Source: Lytechinus pictus (lineage: Eukaryota). From it: a stretch of 64,000 bases of DNA. The stretch lies in the NCBI RefSeq assembly GCF_037042905.1, contig NC_087252.1:3474001-3538000 (forward strand), written 5' to 3'. The notes under the pieces are model-generated. The model saw only the letters and a list, made by a program, of their open reading frames with translations, did not search any database and was not told the origin of the DNA. This document shows, in pieces, positions 10,600 to 23,029 of the stretch. Positions within the stretch are counted from its first letter, which is position 1; each line of letters opens with the position of its first letter. The position numbers and the translations under genes are program-made.

Positions 10600-13500
10600 C
10601 AGTGCCGGCCGCGGGAAACGTCACAGTGCCCCCTAGGGCGAACGCGGTAGCCCGTAGCGGACATTTGAGGGGAGCGGACGAGGGAAGACGCCCGCGTCCG
10701 CTCCCCTAGGACATGAGTGCCCTAGGGGAGCGCCCGAGGGTAGTCCCGCGTCTATCCTAGGGTGTTTCTGCAGGATGTTCGGCCGTGCATTCTTGGTCGA
10801 AAGAAGAGGACTGATTTGACACATTCAAGACTGCATGTGATTTTTATCTCATATCAAGCATAAGTTTTCGAATATTTATCGTGGATAAAATCTGTTATGA
10901 AAATTACAAAGTTTGGGGTTGATAACTGGGATTTTAGGCTTTTTCACCGAATTACTTTGTTCGATTACACACTGGGACCAGCATAAAGGGTCCTTTCCTA
11001 TATATTAATATTCTTTCCGTGGTGTCCGTTATTTCATTCACTCACATGGTTAGTCGTGATTGTAAATGAGTTTCTGACAAAGGAGCAGGTATTTGTCGAT
11101 GTTGACCTTACATTTCGGAGGTCGTCCTATAACTATTTACTCTATTGTTTCCCTGCATGGTCATCCTTTTTATATACCCTGACATTCCTTTCAGGCGCGG
11201 ATCTACGAGATGCAGATAAAAGGGAGAAGAAACCAAAAATGAAAGAAAAGGCGAATATGAAGGGATGGATTGAAGACGAGAAGGAAAGAGATAAGAGAAA
11301 TAGAAAAAAGTGAGAGAAGGGGAAAGGGGAGAAAGAGAAAATAGGGGGGGGGGCGAAGAGGAGAAAGAGGGAGAGGGGGTAAAGAAAAGAAATAAGGAAA
11401 AGGTGAAAATCGAGAAGAAAACAGAGGGGATAAAAAAAGGGAAGGTGAGACAGAAAGAAAATAGGGAAAAGGAAAATAGATTGAAAATCGAAGGGGAGAA
11501 GAGTCAAAGGAAGAAAAGGAAGGACACAATGAGAAAGAGAGAATGATAAGGAGGGGGATATTAAATGAAATGAAGAAGGGAGACATAATAAAATTGTCCA
11601 GTTTTTCATATCAGAAAATACGTTAGTAACTCGCATCTGCCCATTTTTACGCTGATGACAAGTATTAAACATTCTTGCGCTCAATCTTGTAATTATTTTC
11701 TCTCACCTTGCTCACAATCTCCTGCTCTCGTTGCATCAATTAAAAACTTATCCCGAATTAACATCCGCTCATTCAAGAAAGACAAATTTAAGAAAAAGGC
11801 AAATAGGAAGGGATGGAGGGAAAATGAGAAGGAAGATAGAAAAAGTGAGAGAAGCAGAAGGGAGCGAAGAAAAGAAGGGGAAAGGGGAGAAAGAGAAAAT
11901 AGAGGGGGCTTATTGTTTCATGGTAATATGGATACCATATAGTTCTGCGGTACTTAGTTATGAAACTTGTTTTACTCAGTAATGCTCACACGTGATGATT
12001 AAAAGGATTTTCGACTATATAGAGGTGAACCGGGACGGGGCTTTCATTCTTTAACTTGGCTTGACTAATTCCGTTGTTCCCCGAAAAGAATTGTTAGATT
12101 TGATAGTTAGCGTTTGCGTGAGCACCCACCAAAACTCTTAACAAAAGAATGGTTTGTATAGCTCCATTCTTGCTTTGTCGGCAAGTGATAATTTACTCGT
12201 TAAGTACCCATTCCACACACTACGTCATAGTAGCTTTCGAAAACATACTTTTACTTGGGTATGTGTTTAAACATTGAAGCTAAATGTGCTAGAATTTTTT
12301 TAAATAGTTACATTATGTAAATAGCTTTTGCTGCTTTGCTCTGTAACGCATTGAGCATCCAATAAAGATGGAAAGTGCGCTTTACAAATGTCATGTATTA
12401 TTATTTTTAGCTGCCATATAACACTGAATTCTGTATTATTCCAAGTTGTGACTTGGTTTTATCATTTCCAATTCATATAACAAAAATATATTTCGAAGGA
12501 AAATCTTGCTTTACTGAAATAAAATTAATAAATAAACAATGTTTATAACTTTAATTGATGTCCGACAAATCTAACAATATAAAACCGCAGTTCGTAAATA
12601 TGATAGTTTAATCTTTACTTCGACGTCAATTATTCGTGTTATTATCATCATGTAGGTGTATCAGGGATATTAATATTCGTTTTAATCCCATCTATAATTT
12701 TATATAAACTTGCGCGAAATATATGTGGTTGTTCTCACTATGAAGCTGCAACCCCTCTTCATTTTTCTCATCCTCCTCTTCCTTCTTCTCCTTTATTATT
12801 TCCACCACTTTCATCTCTTCCCAATTCGAATATCTACCAATGTAACTTAAAAACCGCAATAGAGAGCAGGTAATGTAATCAGATGTTTTAGCAAAAAGAT
12901 AAATCTGTTACATCTATTGCATTTAGGTAAATTTATATTTTTTATAGGGTGAGGGTTTTAGAGACCCGATTTGAACCGAAATGAAAAGAACATCCTCATT
13001 TATTGTTGTTAGCGTATCAACAAATTAATCCCCCCTTTTCATTTCTATGAACATCCTGTCATAAATTGGGAAGCGGATGTGATCAAAGGAGATCAAATGT
13101 GTGGGCGGGGAGCAAGACTCTACCAGACTGTTGACAATAACAAAAGAACCAAATAAAAAATCGATGAGCACAATCAGTTTTGCTGGTGTTTGCTTTTTGC
13201 ACGTCTACTTTGTATGATCTTGGTCATACTAGTATTCGTTTTCACCTTTCATTCCCTTTATTAGGGTTGTATCAACCATGTCAACGAATTGACGATCCCA
13301 ATATTGACCGCACGTTTGTTTTAACATAATGAGAATTCGCAAATGCCCTTGATATTCATAATTCTTTTTTATTTTAAGTTTGTCATTAATGTTTGTTAAC
13401 ATTCACTCTGTTAATAACTTGTCAATTTTGATTTACAAAAAAAATCAAGTCTGCCTTTTATCTATTTTAATTATTTTTTTTGTTGATATCCCTTTCTTTC

Positions 13501-14646
13501 TTCATTCCGGATTCCACCCTGTGCACCCCGTTAAACTCAGGGAAGAATGCTTCAAATGTTTTCTAGTTCTTACACTGTTCACAATAAGGAGATGGGATTA
13601 GGTGTATTGTTTACGCTGAAGGGAGAGGAATGGGTGCGTATGGAAAAAAAATATCCCAAAAGATAGAGAATTGATCTCCATGACATTAAATCACAATTGT
13701 GTCCTATTTTTTAAAAACAAGTTTGTATGATACATGTATGCCTCCCACGTAAGGCGTAAGGAAAATAAGTTTACCTAATGCATCAAATTAGATTAATTGA
13801 TTAGATTCATTGCGGTAAATAAAATACAATAAATTCGATGTTCCAGCCAGGGTGACCAGATTTCACAAAATTAAATACGGGACAATCGACAAAGCACTAT
13901 GTACCATCGGATCGACCGAGCCAGGCCAAAAAAATCAACAAAAAGGCTACACAATGTTAGACTTGTTAACAAAATATATTAAGAAAGGGGAAGGGAGGGT
14001 GAGCGGAAGAAAGAAAAGAGAAAATAATGAGGAAACAAGAAATGAATTGAGACGAAAGAAAAAAATAAGGAAAAATTAAAAGGAAAAAAGTTTGAATAAA
14101 AGAGAGAACGGTTTCCGTCATTACTTGTAATGAATAAAGAAAGAAAGAATTAAAATAAAGGAAGGGAAGATGAATAAATGTGTGAAAGAAAAAACATAAG
14201 GAGAGAAAAGAGAAAAGTAAGAAAAATGGAGGAAAAGAGAAATAAATAAAAAGAATTCCTTCATTATTTGAAAGAAACAAAGACAGAATAAAACATGAAG
14301 GAAGAAAGTGAAAGAGGGAATAAGGGAAAACAGAATTAAAAAAAAAGAAAAAAATAACATCTACAAAAAAATAATAATCTACAATAGATTCCGATCACGC
14401 TAGTTTAAAAACAGAATGGTCTATCACAAGATAACCAAAGTACATGCACATGTAAACATAATGCAATGTACGTACCCTAGGGCACCCGAGGATAAGTGCG
14501 GGCACGGCCAATATTATATAGCACGCAGGAAACTGCGGGCCCGGGAAAACGCCCTCGTCTGCTCCCCTTGAATACCCTCGGTTAGACGCAAAAGCCCCCT
14601 AGGGTGTTTGCGTGCTCGGGCGTGACGTTTCCTGCGGCCGGCACTG
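10600..14646. mobile_element. 4.05-kb non-autonomous TIR element with TA TSD (Tc1/mariner-like), copy 1
   Basis: TIR cagtgccggccgc(g/a)ggaaacgtcac at both ends, TA on both sides. The empty site aattatgtacattataac at about 15221-15238 confirms the TA duplication. Purine-rich, non-coding interior. Confidence 0.9.
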
Positions 14647-14769
14647 TACATTATAACATATTAAATAAAATACAGGGGGAACCTGATTTCGTGGGGGTGC
14701 TGCCTATGGAAAATAATACACGCAGCACCCCCAGGATAATTTCTGGGGGTGCTTCAGCACCCCCAGAAA

Positions 14770-15347
14770 TTGTAGAATAATTTCAGCCAAAAACCCTCCT
14801 CATAGTGATACATTCTTGGTGCTAAATACATTTACACAAGTAAACACAGCTTCATAAAGCACGGTTAATATTTTTCAGATTTTATTTTTTCTTTTTATAA
14901 ATCTAATTAATGATCATTTTGATGCTATAAAATTATTTTCAGGATCTCATACACACAAAATTTGGTATCAAGGTGACGTCAAATCGGCTTTAGATTATGT
15001 TCAGTCGATTCTACGCCCAAAATTACCCATAGTCAACATGTTAAAGTAAAAATCTAACACGGAATATAATTTTGGCGCACTTTCAACTCATTCTGGCCCA
15101 CTGTGCGACGTCTGTATCGGATTGCTGCCCCACTGGAGCTTGATTGAGTCGCGTTATAGGAGGGATGTTATTGGAATATGTGAACGACTATGTGAATGAT
15201 TTGCGATTGTCGGATGTGATAATTATGTACATTATAACATATTAAATAAAATACAGGGGGAACCTGATTTCGTGGGGGTGCTGCCTATGGAAAATAATAC
15301 ACGCAGCACCCCCAGGATAATTTCTGGGGGTGCTTCAGCACCCCCAG
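14770..15347 (+). repeat. Tandem duplicate of 10008-14766 lacking the 4-kb insertion
   Basis: Near-identical to 10008-10599 plus 14649-14766, with a deletion of about 130 bp. Carries a second copy of the Transib right end and its cgacg TSD. Confidence 0.9.
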
Positions 15348-16147
15348 CACCCCCACTTCTCAGGTCCCTATAACCAACCAACCAACCAATCATAGCAAGC
15401 CCATCCATCCAACCAGCGCAGCCCATCCAACCGAATAAAACAAGTTCATTTTGAACTTCCGTCATGTACATCATAAAAAAAAAAAAGTACAAATCAAATA
15501 TGCACCAAATGCATAAACACAAGTGCACATCAATTGTAATTGCAAATCAACTATAGACAAATTATGAAAATTTGTGCAATTGTATTAACAAGAACTTGTT
15601 TGGAAATGAGGGGATCCACTAAAAGCCCTGCTTGTAGAACATGAAACCCTATGATAATAAATAACCAATCATATCACCAAACAAACCAATGCAAGTCTAT
15701 CCGCCAACAAGCTAACCAAGCCCATCGAGTCAACTAATACAAGCCTACGCAACCAATGCAATTCTATCCAAACGCATGTCCAGCGAACCAACCAAAATAA
15801 ATCCATGCTATCACCAACCAAAATATAAGGTTATTTCAATCAACTGTAACTGGCACAACTTGCACTTAAACAGGCTCATTGAGCAATCTCAAGCCGTTTT
15901 TTTTTTTTTTTTTTTTTTATATTCGCTATTGCCATATTTAGATTGATTAGCACAATCGCCTTTTACAGATTTGAATAATTATAAACAAAAAATACTACAG
16001 AATTATTAACAACCATATATTATATCATCCAATCTTTTTTTCATAACATGTGTACCACGTTTTTGGAGGCAGAAACAACACCCTCCGACCCTGACAATAT
16101 TATAACCAACCACTCACAACCATCATTAAAATGGGCGGGAGGGAGGG

Positions 16148-16516
16148 CAAATTAATGTCTTGCATCCCCCAGAGCTGAGTTGAGAATGAACATGTGCTTC
16201 CAAATCTGTCGCGTATTGCGCACGTCCCTGAATTCTTTCAATGCATTTCATTGGTTCTTTTTGCGTAGAGGCTGTGCCCCCGTTGCCGTTGCCTGGCTGT
16301 CACCAAGTGCGCTGTGTGACGGCGCCGCCCATGACATGCACAGCCAATCACAGACCTGTTGCTGGGGGCGTGTCCTTGGAAAATTCCCGCGGAATTGCAG
16401 GGGCGCGCTTTGTTTTCGCGGGCCGTGTATGGCCTGCCAATAATTTTATGAGAAGACTTGTCTTCTCTCTATCTAATCGCTTAACTATCTAATCGCTTAT
16501 TCGAATAATCTTTATT
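16148..16516. repeat. 370-bp direct repeat, copy 1
   Basis: Near-identical to 25401-25764; the ORF track gives the same short peptides in both. Confidence 0.95.
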
Positions 16517-17287
16517 GCGAGAATAAATACAGATCGAACATGAAATTGCCGTTTCTCAACTTTTATTGCCTCTGGGGGATTTTCCCAGAATCATTAAAAC
16601 GACATTTACAATTTGTTAGCAAGTACAGTTTGTAAACAATATTCATCAAGCCACAATCAACCAGATTTTAAGGGGGAAACCGGGTCACGTGACCTCCCAG
16701 AAGGAAGCGATCCAATGGGATCCCAGGACAGGTATTTCCTGGGGTGCGGATTCCCCTCTTTACATTGATCATCTATTCAATACAAGATTATCTCATGTGT
16801 GAAATAAAATTGGGGGAGAGGCTTCAAGACCAGAACGTGAATTCTTGGAAGCGGAACCTGCCGGAAGCCATCCAGCCGGACTTCCAAACCAGGAGACTTT
16901 GGAAAGATGGGTTCCCCTGTTCCGATTTTCTTGACATAATTAGTATACAGTGCCTCCCCCTGGTGTTGAACTTTGACCGATATCAGAAAAAATACCCACC
17001 AAAAAGCGAAAGGCCCAGAAACATTTTTTTTTTCCCCTGACAACTTGGCAAACACTATTGGATTGGGAGTCCCATGTCAAGTCATGTCAAGGCCATCCCT
17101 CCCAAACCATCGCATCTGGTTTCTTGGTTATAACTCATGGTTTCGGAAACCCATAAATTATGCCCTCTCTCACATGTCCTCTGCACTAAGACCAAATAGG
17201 ACCTAGGACGCCATTATACTAGTATGAGAATTCTATTTTGTGCATATATCGTATAATAATACTCGATAAAATAGGGGCCACCCTTAA

Positions 17288-18145
17288 GGACGTTCCACAG
17301 TTATGTTTGTGCGCATTATGATCTGCGCATATTTAACACTCCGCGCGCTGACGTCACAATGGATGAACAGGTGATTAATTAGCTGTGGGTACGAGCTGAT
17401 TTTTCTCATCATCTGCATCCTAACTGCACATCCGATGCGTTATTTTATGAAGCTAAAAAAATTGAATTATTCCATAGACCATTAAAAAAAATATCTCTAC
17501 AATTTCAAAATACTTTACTCTGCAGTACTGCCAAGAATCACGAATATGACCCCGAGTTTGAATAAATGGTAGAGTGGTTTTGATTTTTCTTCACATAGAT
17601 ACAAAGCATTTGGCGCATTTTTTGTGTTTTAAAAAGCACGTTTGCTCATATAAAAACTTTGCAAATTTAGGTGAAAATGACATGGATTTTGAATAAAGTG
17701 CAGCATTTATTGTACTTTTGTAGTCTGTTATTGAAATTTCACATTTTTGAGATTGGGTTTTTGTTATCTTTTACGCCATTTTTAAGAACTGACTGTGCTG
17801 TTAGACTTAAAGTTGCAAACAAATAGCACAATAATTAGATTCTCTATTCTAACGATACAATTATTAACTCTCTTGCGAAATTTGAAGACTTTTTCATGTA
17901 TTTTGACTGAGTAATAGAGGTTTAAACTCATTGTAGTATTCTTGCGAGGTCTAAAAATGCCAAATTCTTTTGAATGCGCAATTCTTAAGAACATCAATTT
18001 GGGTGAACTTTGAAGCTCTATAGCAAAAAATCAAGCACATGGACTTATGTTAATTTTTGCATATTTCGAATATTAAGGTTCTTAAGTATCTATGTGCAAA
18101 GTTTGGTGAAAATGACATGGATTTCACTTTAACTGTGGAACGTCT
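17288..18145. mobile_element. Kolobok-like non-autonomous element
   Basis: ttaa|ggacgttccacagtta ... taactgtggaacgtct|ataa: purine-purine termini and a degenerate TTAA TSD. Confidence 0.7.
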
Positions 18146-19057
18146 ATAAGCCCCCCGATATCATGACTAAGGGAGGATTTGGTCCCATATTCTGCCTCCT
18201 CGGTGGCGACCCTAAATGGTAGAATAGAGGGCCGTGCACCGGTGCCATCGACTTTAAATTAAATTATCCTATTTGCTTCCCCTAGACAGCTGATGTCAAA
18301 GCTACCGATAATAATCAGTCGGTAATTCTGTCACCAAGCCCAACTAAGCCATAAGTTCAAAAGTTAGTTTTCACGCTCGACAACCCAGCCAATTCAATAA
18401 TCAGGGACAACAACAACTAAGTTAATGATCAATAAACCATGCCAGCCATCGGAATGCATAGTCAACAATCAACAAATTATTCAATACAAAGCAACCTCAT
18501 GCGGTCAACGAATGGACGCATCATATACCATACTCTTCGTATATACCTCCAAGTGGTTATAAATATCTCTACATTCATTGGATATTGGCCAACCATTTTC
18601 ACTCTAAACCATTAACAAGCTTGACAACATCGCATCCTTGCTTATTTCATTCCCCCTGCGAATGAATGTTGCATCGTAAGTTTGAGCCCTCTTTGCACTA
18701 AACATAACTCATGCAATGAGAGCTGAAACTAATTCCACGTCAAGTAGGTCCAGGGTAAAAAAAACAGACTCTGAGATAAAACTCGGTGAGAAGAAAATCT
18801 GGAAAACCTTCGGATCCACTTTTGCGGAAATGTGAAACAACAAACCAACAATGTCTTGGCACACCTTAAAAAGGAGTACCCTTCTTTCAACTAATTTCAA
18901 CTTAATGTCAATTAGGGGATCATCAAACTGACTCTAACATGAAATGATACGAGGCCAAATATATCAAATTAATGTATAGCCAAACCCTGCTAGTAATTCT
19001 TTCATTATTGTACAACCCAACCGTTTGATGAAGTGCCATACAAAATCAATCTCCACA

Positions 19058-20956
19058 CGGCCGTGATCAGGCAGAACTACGTATCTCCTTTTATGCGATT
19101 CCGAGATATTCGAGTTTAAAAATTCAAAATTGCTTCTTTAGCTTTCTTTGAAAAAAATGGAGAATGATGTATCGGACTTTTTTGTTTTCCTTTGTCCTGT
19201 GGAACATATTTAAGGAATTGGAACAATTTTTTTTTTGATTTCTTCATTAAATCTTGTAATTTTCTTCAATATTTAAAACGTACGTACTTTTACCAGATTA
19301 AATCGACGACTACACTCCTAGCTTTTATCAGGCAAAACTATGTATGTCCTGCGCATCGCAAAGTTTATCAGGCAAAACTACGTATGTCCTGCGCATTGCA
19401 AAGTTTTATCAGGCAAAACTACGTATGTCCTTGCGCATTGCAAAGTCTTATCAGGCAAAACTACGTACAATGGATTGTATTACCAGGGAGTCCCTGGTAT
19501 TATAGTAAACAATTATGAATTCAATATCAAACAAAATAGTCTAATAAAATTCATCAAACTTTCACCCAAAATACACAAATAAAAAAAAGTTGCAAAGATC
19601 GCCGAATCCGTTTGTTCTTTTTTTACAATGTCAGCTTCCAATCGCACCCCCTTCGCATATGAAATATTTGGTCGCTTGAAAAGGATGTATTACCGCATGC
19701 GTGATTTTTATGGAAAAATTGAGACTGAAACAACAAAATCAGTGATTCAGTCTATCAGTAGATCTACTTTGTATATAAGACAGAGTATATAAGGCCTGCT
19801 TTTACAAACTTTGCTCATTCTCCTGAGGACGACAAGAACACACTTGTCGAGATTGGGTGGTCCTTTTCAGGACCAACATATGCCCAAGAAAGATACATGG
19901 TGTACCGTGAAACCTACTACACTACACTAGATCTACTTTGTTAAAGATCTAGATCTAACAGTAAAATTATAGCTAAGATGGATCGCTATCATGTCTTTTT
20001 TATAAAGACTTTGTATAAAATTAAGTTAACTTGTAATGTTTCATATTGCTTATTCTAAATGTTAATTCTTAACGTAGGCCTAGGCCTACTGTGTCAGGGC
20101 AGTGTTTCTAGCCAGAGTTACATAGTCTTGACGCAAACTGTTTTTTTTTCCCTTTGGAAAATATGGCACAATGGCGACAAATTCTAATTACAGTGTAGAT
20201 CTATAGTCTAGATTTAACTCAAAAGTTATATCAAAATTCATATGCATATAAATCTACAGGAAGTAGTTTATAAACCCTTAATTACTAGGCCTACCTTAAA
20301 GTTTAGAAATGATGATCGGACGGTGTTAGACCTCTAACGTATGCGTATGATCTAACGTAGATCTAGTCTTTGATAAAATCTCATGTTTATTATCTAAGCA
20401 ATAAAGTATACTAAATAGTTTAGCTTACCTTGTTTCATTTGGGAAATTTTGATTTTCTCTATAGTTCAAATTCAAAATCCGTTTCCCTCTCCTGCCTCAC
20501 GAATTTGAAGCCATGGCACCACAGTGACCGTGGGAAGTTTAAATGGCGGCTCCTTATTATAAGCAACATTAGCTAACTGCGCGTAATGCGGTTCTCCCGA
20601 CAGTTACAATGCAGAAATGTGGGAGATACGTAGTTTTGCCTGATAAATCAACTCCTTCTTTCGAAGATAATGTTCTAATAAAACTATGTAAGTAGACTTA
20701 CGTAGTTTTGCCTTTTCATTTTCGTCAAAAATTGAAAAACTACTTTTGTAAGTCGACTTACGTAGTTCCGCTGCCTTTTAAATCTTCTGATTTTTTAGAC
20801 AATTTTACAGAAACAGGTTTTCGAATCTAAAAAATATAGTTATAGTTAGAACTTGACATTTTGCTAGATGAAAGAGCACATTTAAAACTATAAGAAACTC
20901 CAAAAAACTGAAAAACACCAAAAAATGACTTACATAGTTTTGCCAGATCACGACCG
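19058..20956. mobile_element. 1.9-kb non-autonomous DNA transposon with CACA TSD and subterminal repeats (superfamily unresolved)
   Basis: TIR cgg(c/t)cgtgatc(a/t)ggca(g/a)aacta(c/t)gta. caca at 19054-19057 and 20957-20960. Tandem atcaggcaaaactacgta units of about 40 bp at 19320-19470, with inverted copies at 20625-20770. Confidence 0.8.
19800..19929 (+). mobile_element. Penelope-like terminal fragment with a decayed minimal hammerhead motif
   Basis: tctc-CTGAGGA-cgacaag(aacaca)cttgtc-gaga. The downstream catatgcccaagaaag..tacatggtgtaccgtgaaa..tactacacta segment also occurs at about 2629-2678. Confidence 0.4.
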
Positions 20957-22055
20957 CACAACTATTTGATAAATGTGTATTACTTTTCAAGTGAACAAAC
21001 TGTGGCCTCCATATCCGTTAAATAAGACCATTTAATTTCATCGTCCCTTGTAACAAGTTCATGCATTAGGAAATTCTATATGATTTTCTCACGTGTAATG
21101 TTTATGTAGGAATGCCTTCCTTCAAGCTAAGAACCGGGATTTGTGTTATTTTTTTTCTATTTTGGTCTCCAGTCTGAATCGAAACAATAGTATCCATTCC
21201 ACATCGATTAATCAAGTTAAATGGGGGCACAAAAATCAAGGCGTGCATCCCCACATTCAAGTTGGCATCATATATGAGATCGCCTCTTACAACAGGTGAG
21301 GTTATGTCTTAAGAGACATATATAAGCACCTAAATGCACTAGAGGGACATACCTCACAGTCTTTGTTTATATTCTTGGTTATCGATGCTTCAACCGACTT
21401 TGCTGGCTGCCCAGAATTGCAAATAGATACACACTGAAGGTGTTCCTATAATGTCTCTTTCTTCCGCGGAATATTTAGGGTGCGTTTATCCGTCACTTTT
21501 TTACCCTAGAATCATGATTTGAATCATGATTCAAATCATGATTCTGCAGAATCACGATTGCGTTTAGTCGAAATTGAATATAATCATGATTAGAATCACA
21601 AACATGAAACACGAAAAAAGGGGCGTTTGGAAAGACGTTTCTGCAGAATCACGTACGAAAATGTTCGAATAAACGATATCGTGATTACAATCATGATTAT
21701 ATGACCTCACTGTTTTGTCGGGCTACTTTCGGTTTGACTCTTGCCAAGCTCAAGGCGCTCTATATGCTCATTGTATGTACATGACTTATGTACTATGAAT
21801 TCATTTCTTGTCATGTTCAAGTTCTGTGTTGGTCATCGCATCGTCCACTACTTTTCATTTTTTGGTCATGTCTTCAACTTCAAGTTCTAGTAAATGAATT
21901 AACTGGACAGACAATGATCTCACCGGAGTGTTCGTAGGTCCATTTTTGTGTGGAAAGAAAAGTTTCATAATGAATAAATTAGATGACGTAATGAGGTCAA
22001 ATGAATAATTAATTCTGTAACACGATACCACTAGTATCGATGACAAAGAATCGGG

Positions 22056-23029
22056 GAATTTGAAGCCATGGCACCACAGTGACCGTGGGAAGTTTAAATG
22101 GCGGCTCCTTATTATAAGCAACATTAGCTAACTGCGCGTAATGCGGTTCTCCCGACAGTTACAATGCAGAAATGTGGGAGATACGTAGTTTTGCCTGATA
22201 AATCAACTCCTTCTTTCGAAGATACTGTTCTAATAAAACTATGTAAGTAGACTTACGTAGTTTTGCCTTTTCATTTTCGTCAAAAATTGAAAAACTACTT
22301 TTGTAAGTCGACTTACGTAGTTCCGCTGCCTTTTAAATCTTCTGATTTTTTAGACAATTTTACAGAAACAGGTTTTCGAATCTAAAAAATATAGTTATAG
22401 TTAGAACTTGACATTTTGCTAGATGAAAGAGCACATTTAAAACTATAAGAAACTCCAAAAAACTGAAAAACACAAAAAAATGACTTACATAGTTTTGCCA
22501 GATCACGACCGCACAACTATTTGATAAATGTGTATTACTTTTCAAGTGAACAAACTGTGGCCTCCATATCCGTTAAATAAGACCATTTAATTTCATCGTC
22601 CCTTGTAACAAGTTCATGCATTAGGAAATTCTATATGATTTTCTCACGTGTAATGTTTATGTAGGAATGCCTTCCTTCAAGCTAAGAACCGGGATTTGTG
22701 TTATTTTTTTTCTATTTTGGTCTCCAGTCTGAATCGAAACAATAGTATCCATTCCACATCGATTAATCAAGTTAAATGGGGGCACAAAAATCAAGGCGTG
22801 CATCCCCACATTCAAGTTGGCATCATATATGAGATCGCCTCTTACAACAGGTGAGGTTATGTCTTAAGAGACATATATAAGCACCTAAATGCACTAGAGG
22901 GACATACCTCACAGTCTTTGTTTATATTCTTGGTTATCGATGCTTCAACCGACTTTGCTGGCTGCCCAGAATTGCAAATAGATACACACTGAAGGTGTTC
23001 CTATAATGTCTCTTTCTTCCGCGGAATAT
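22056..23029 (+). repeat. 974-bp duplication of 20501-21474
   Basis: Almost identical (only two substitutions spotted). Includes the right TIR and TSD of the 19058-20956 element. Confidence 0.95.

Noticed and set aside
11056..11982. F/L/S-rich and K/E/R-rich ORFs (also 13852-14360, 39578-40525, 42723-43013)
   Set aside because: Translations of GA/TC low-complexity tracts; frames are not conserved between the two element copies.
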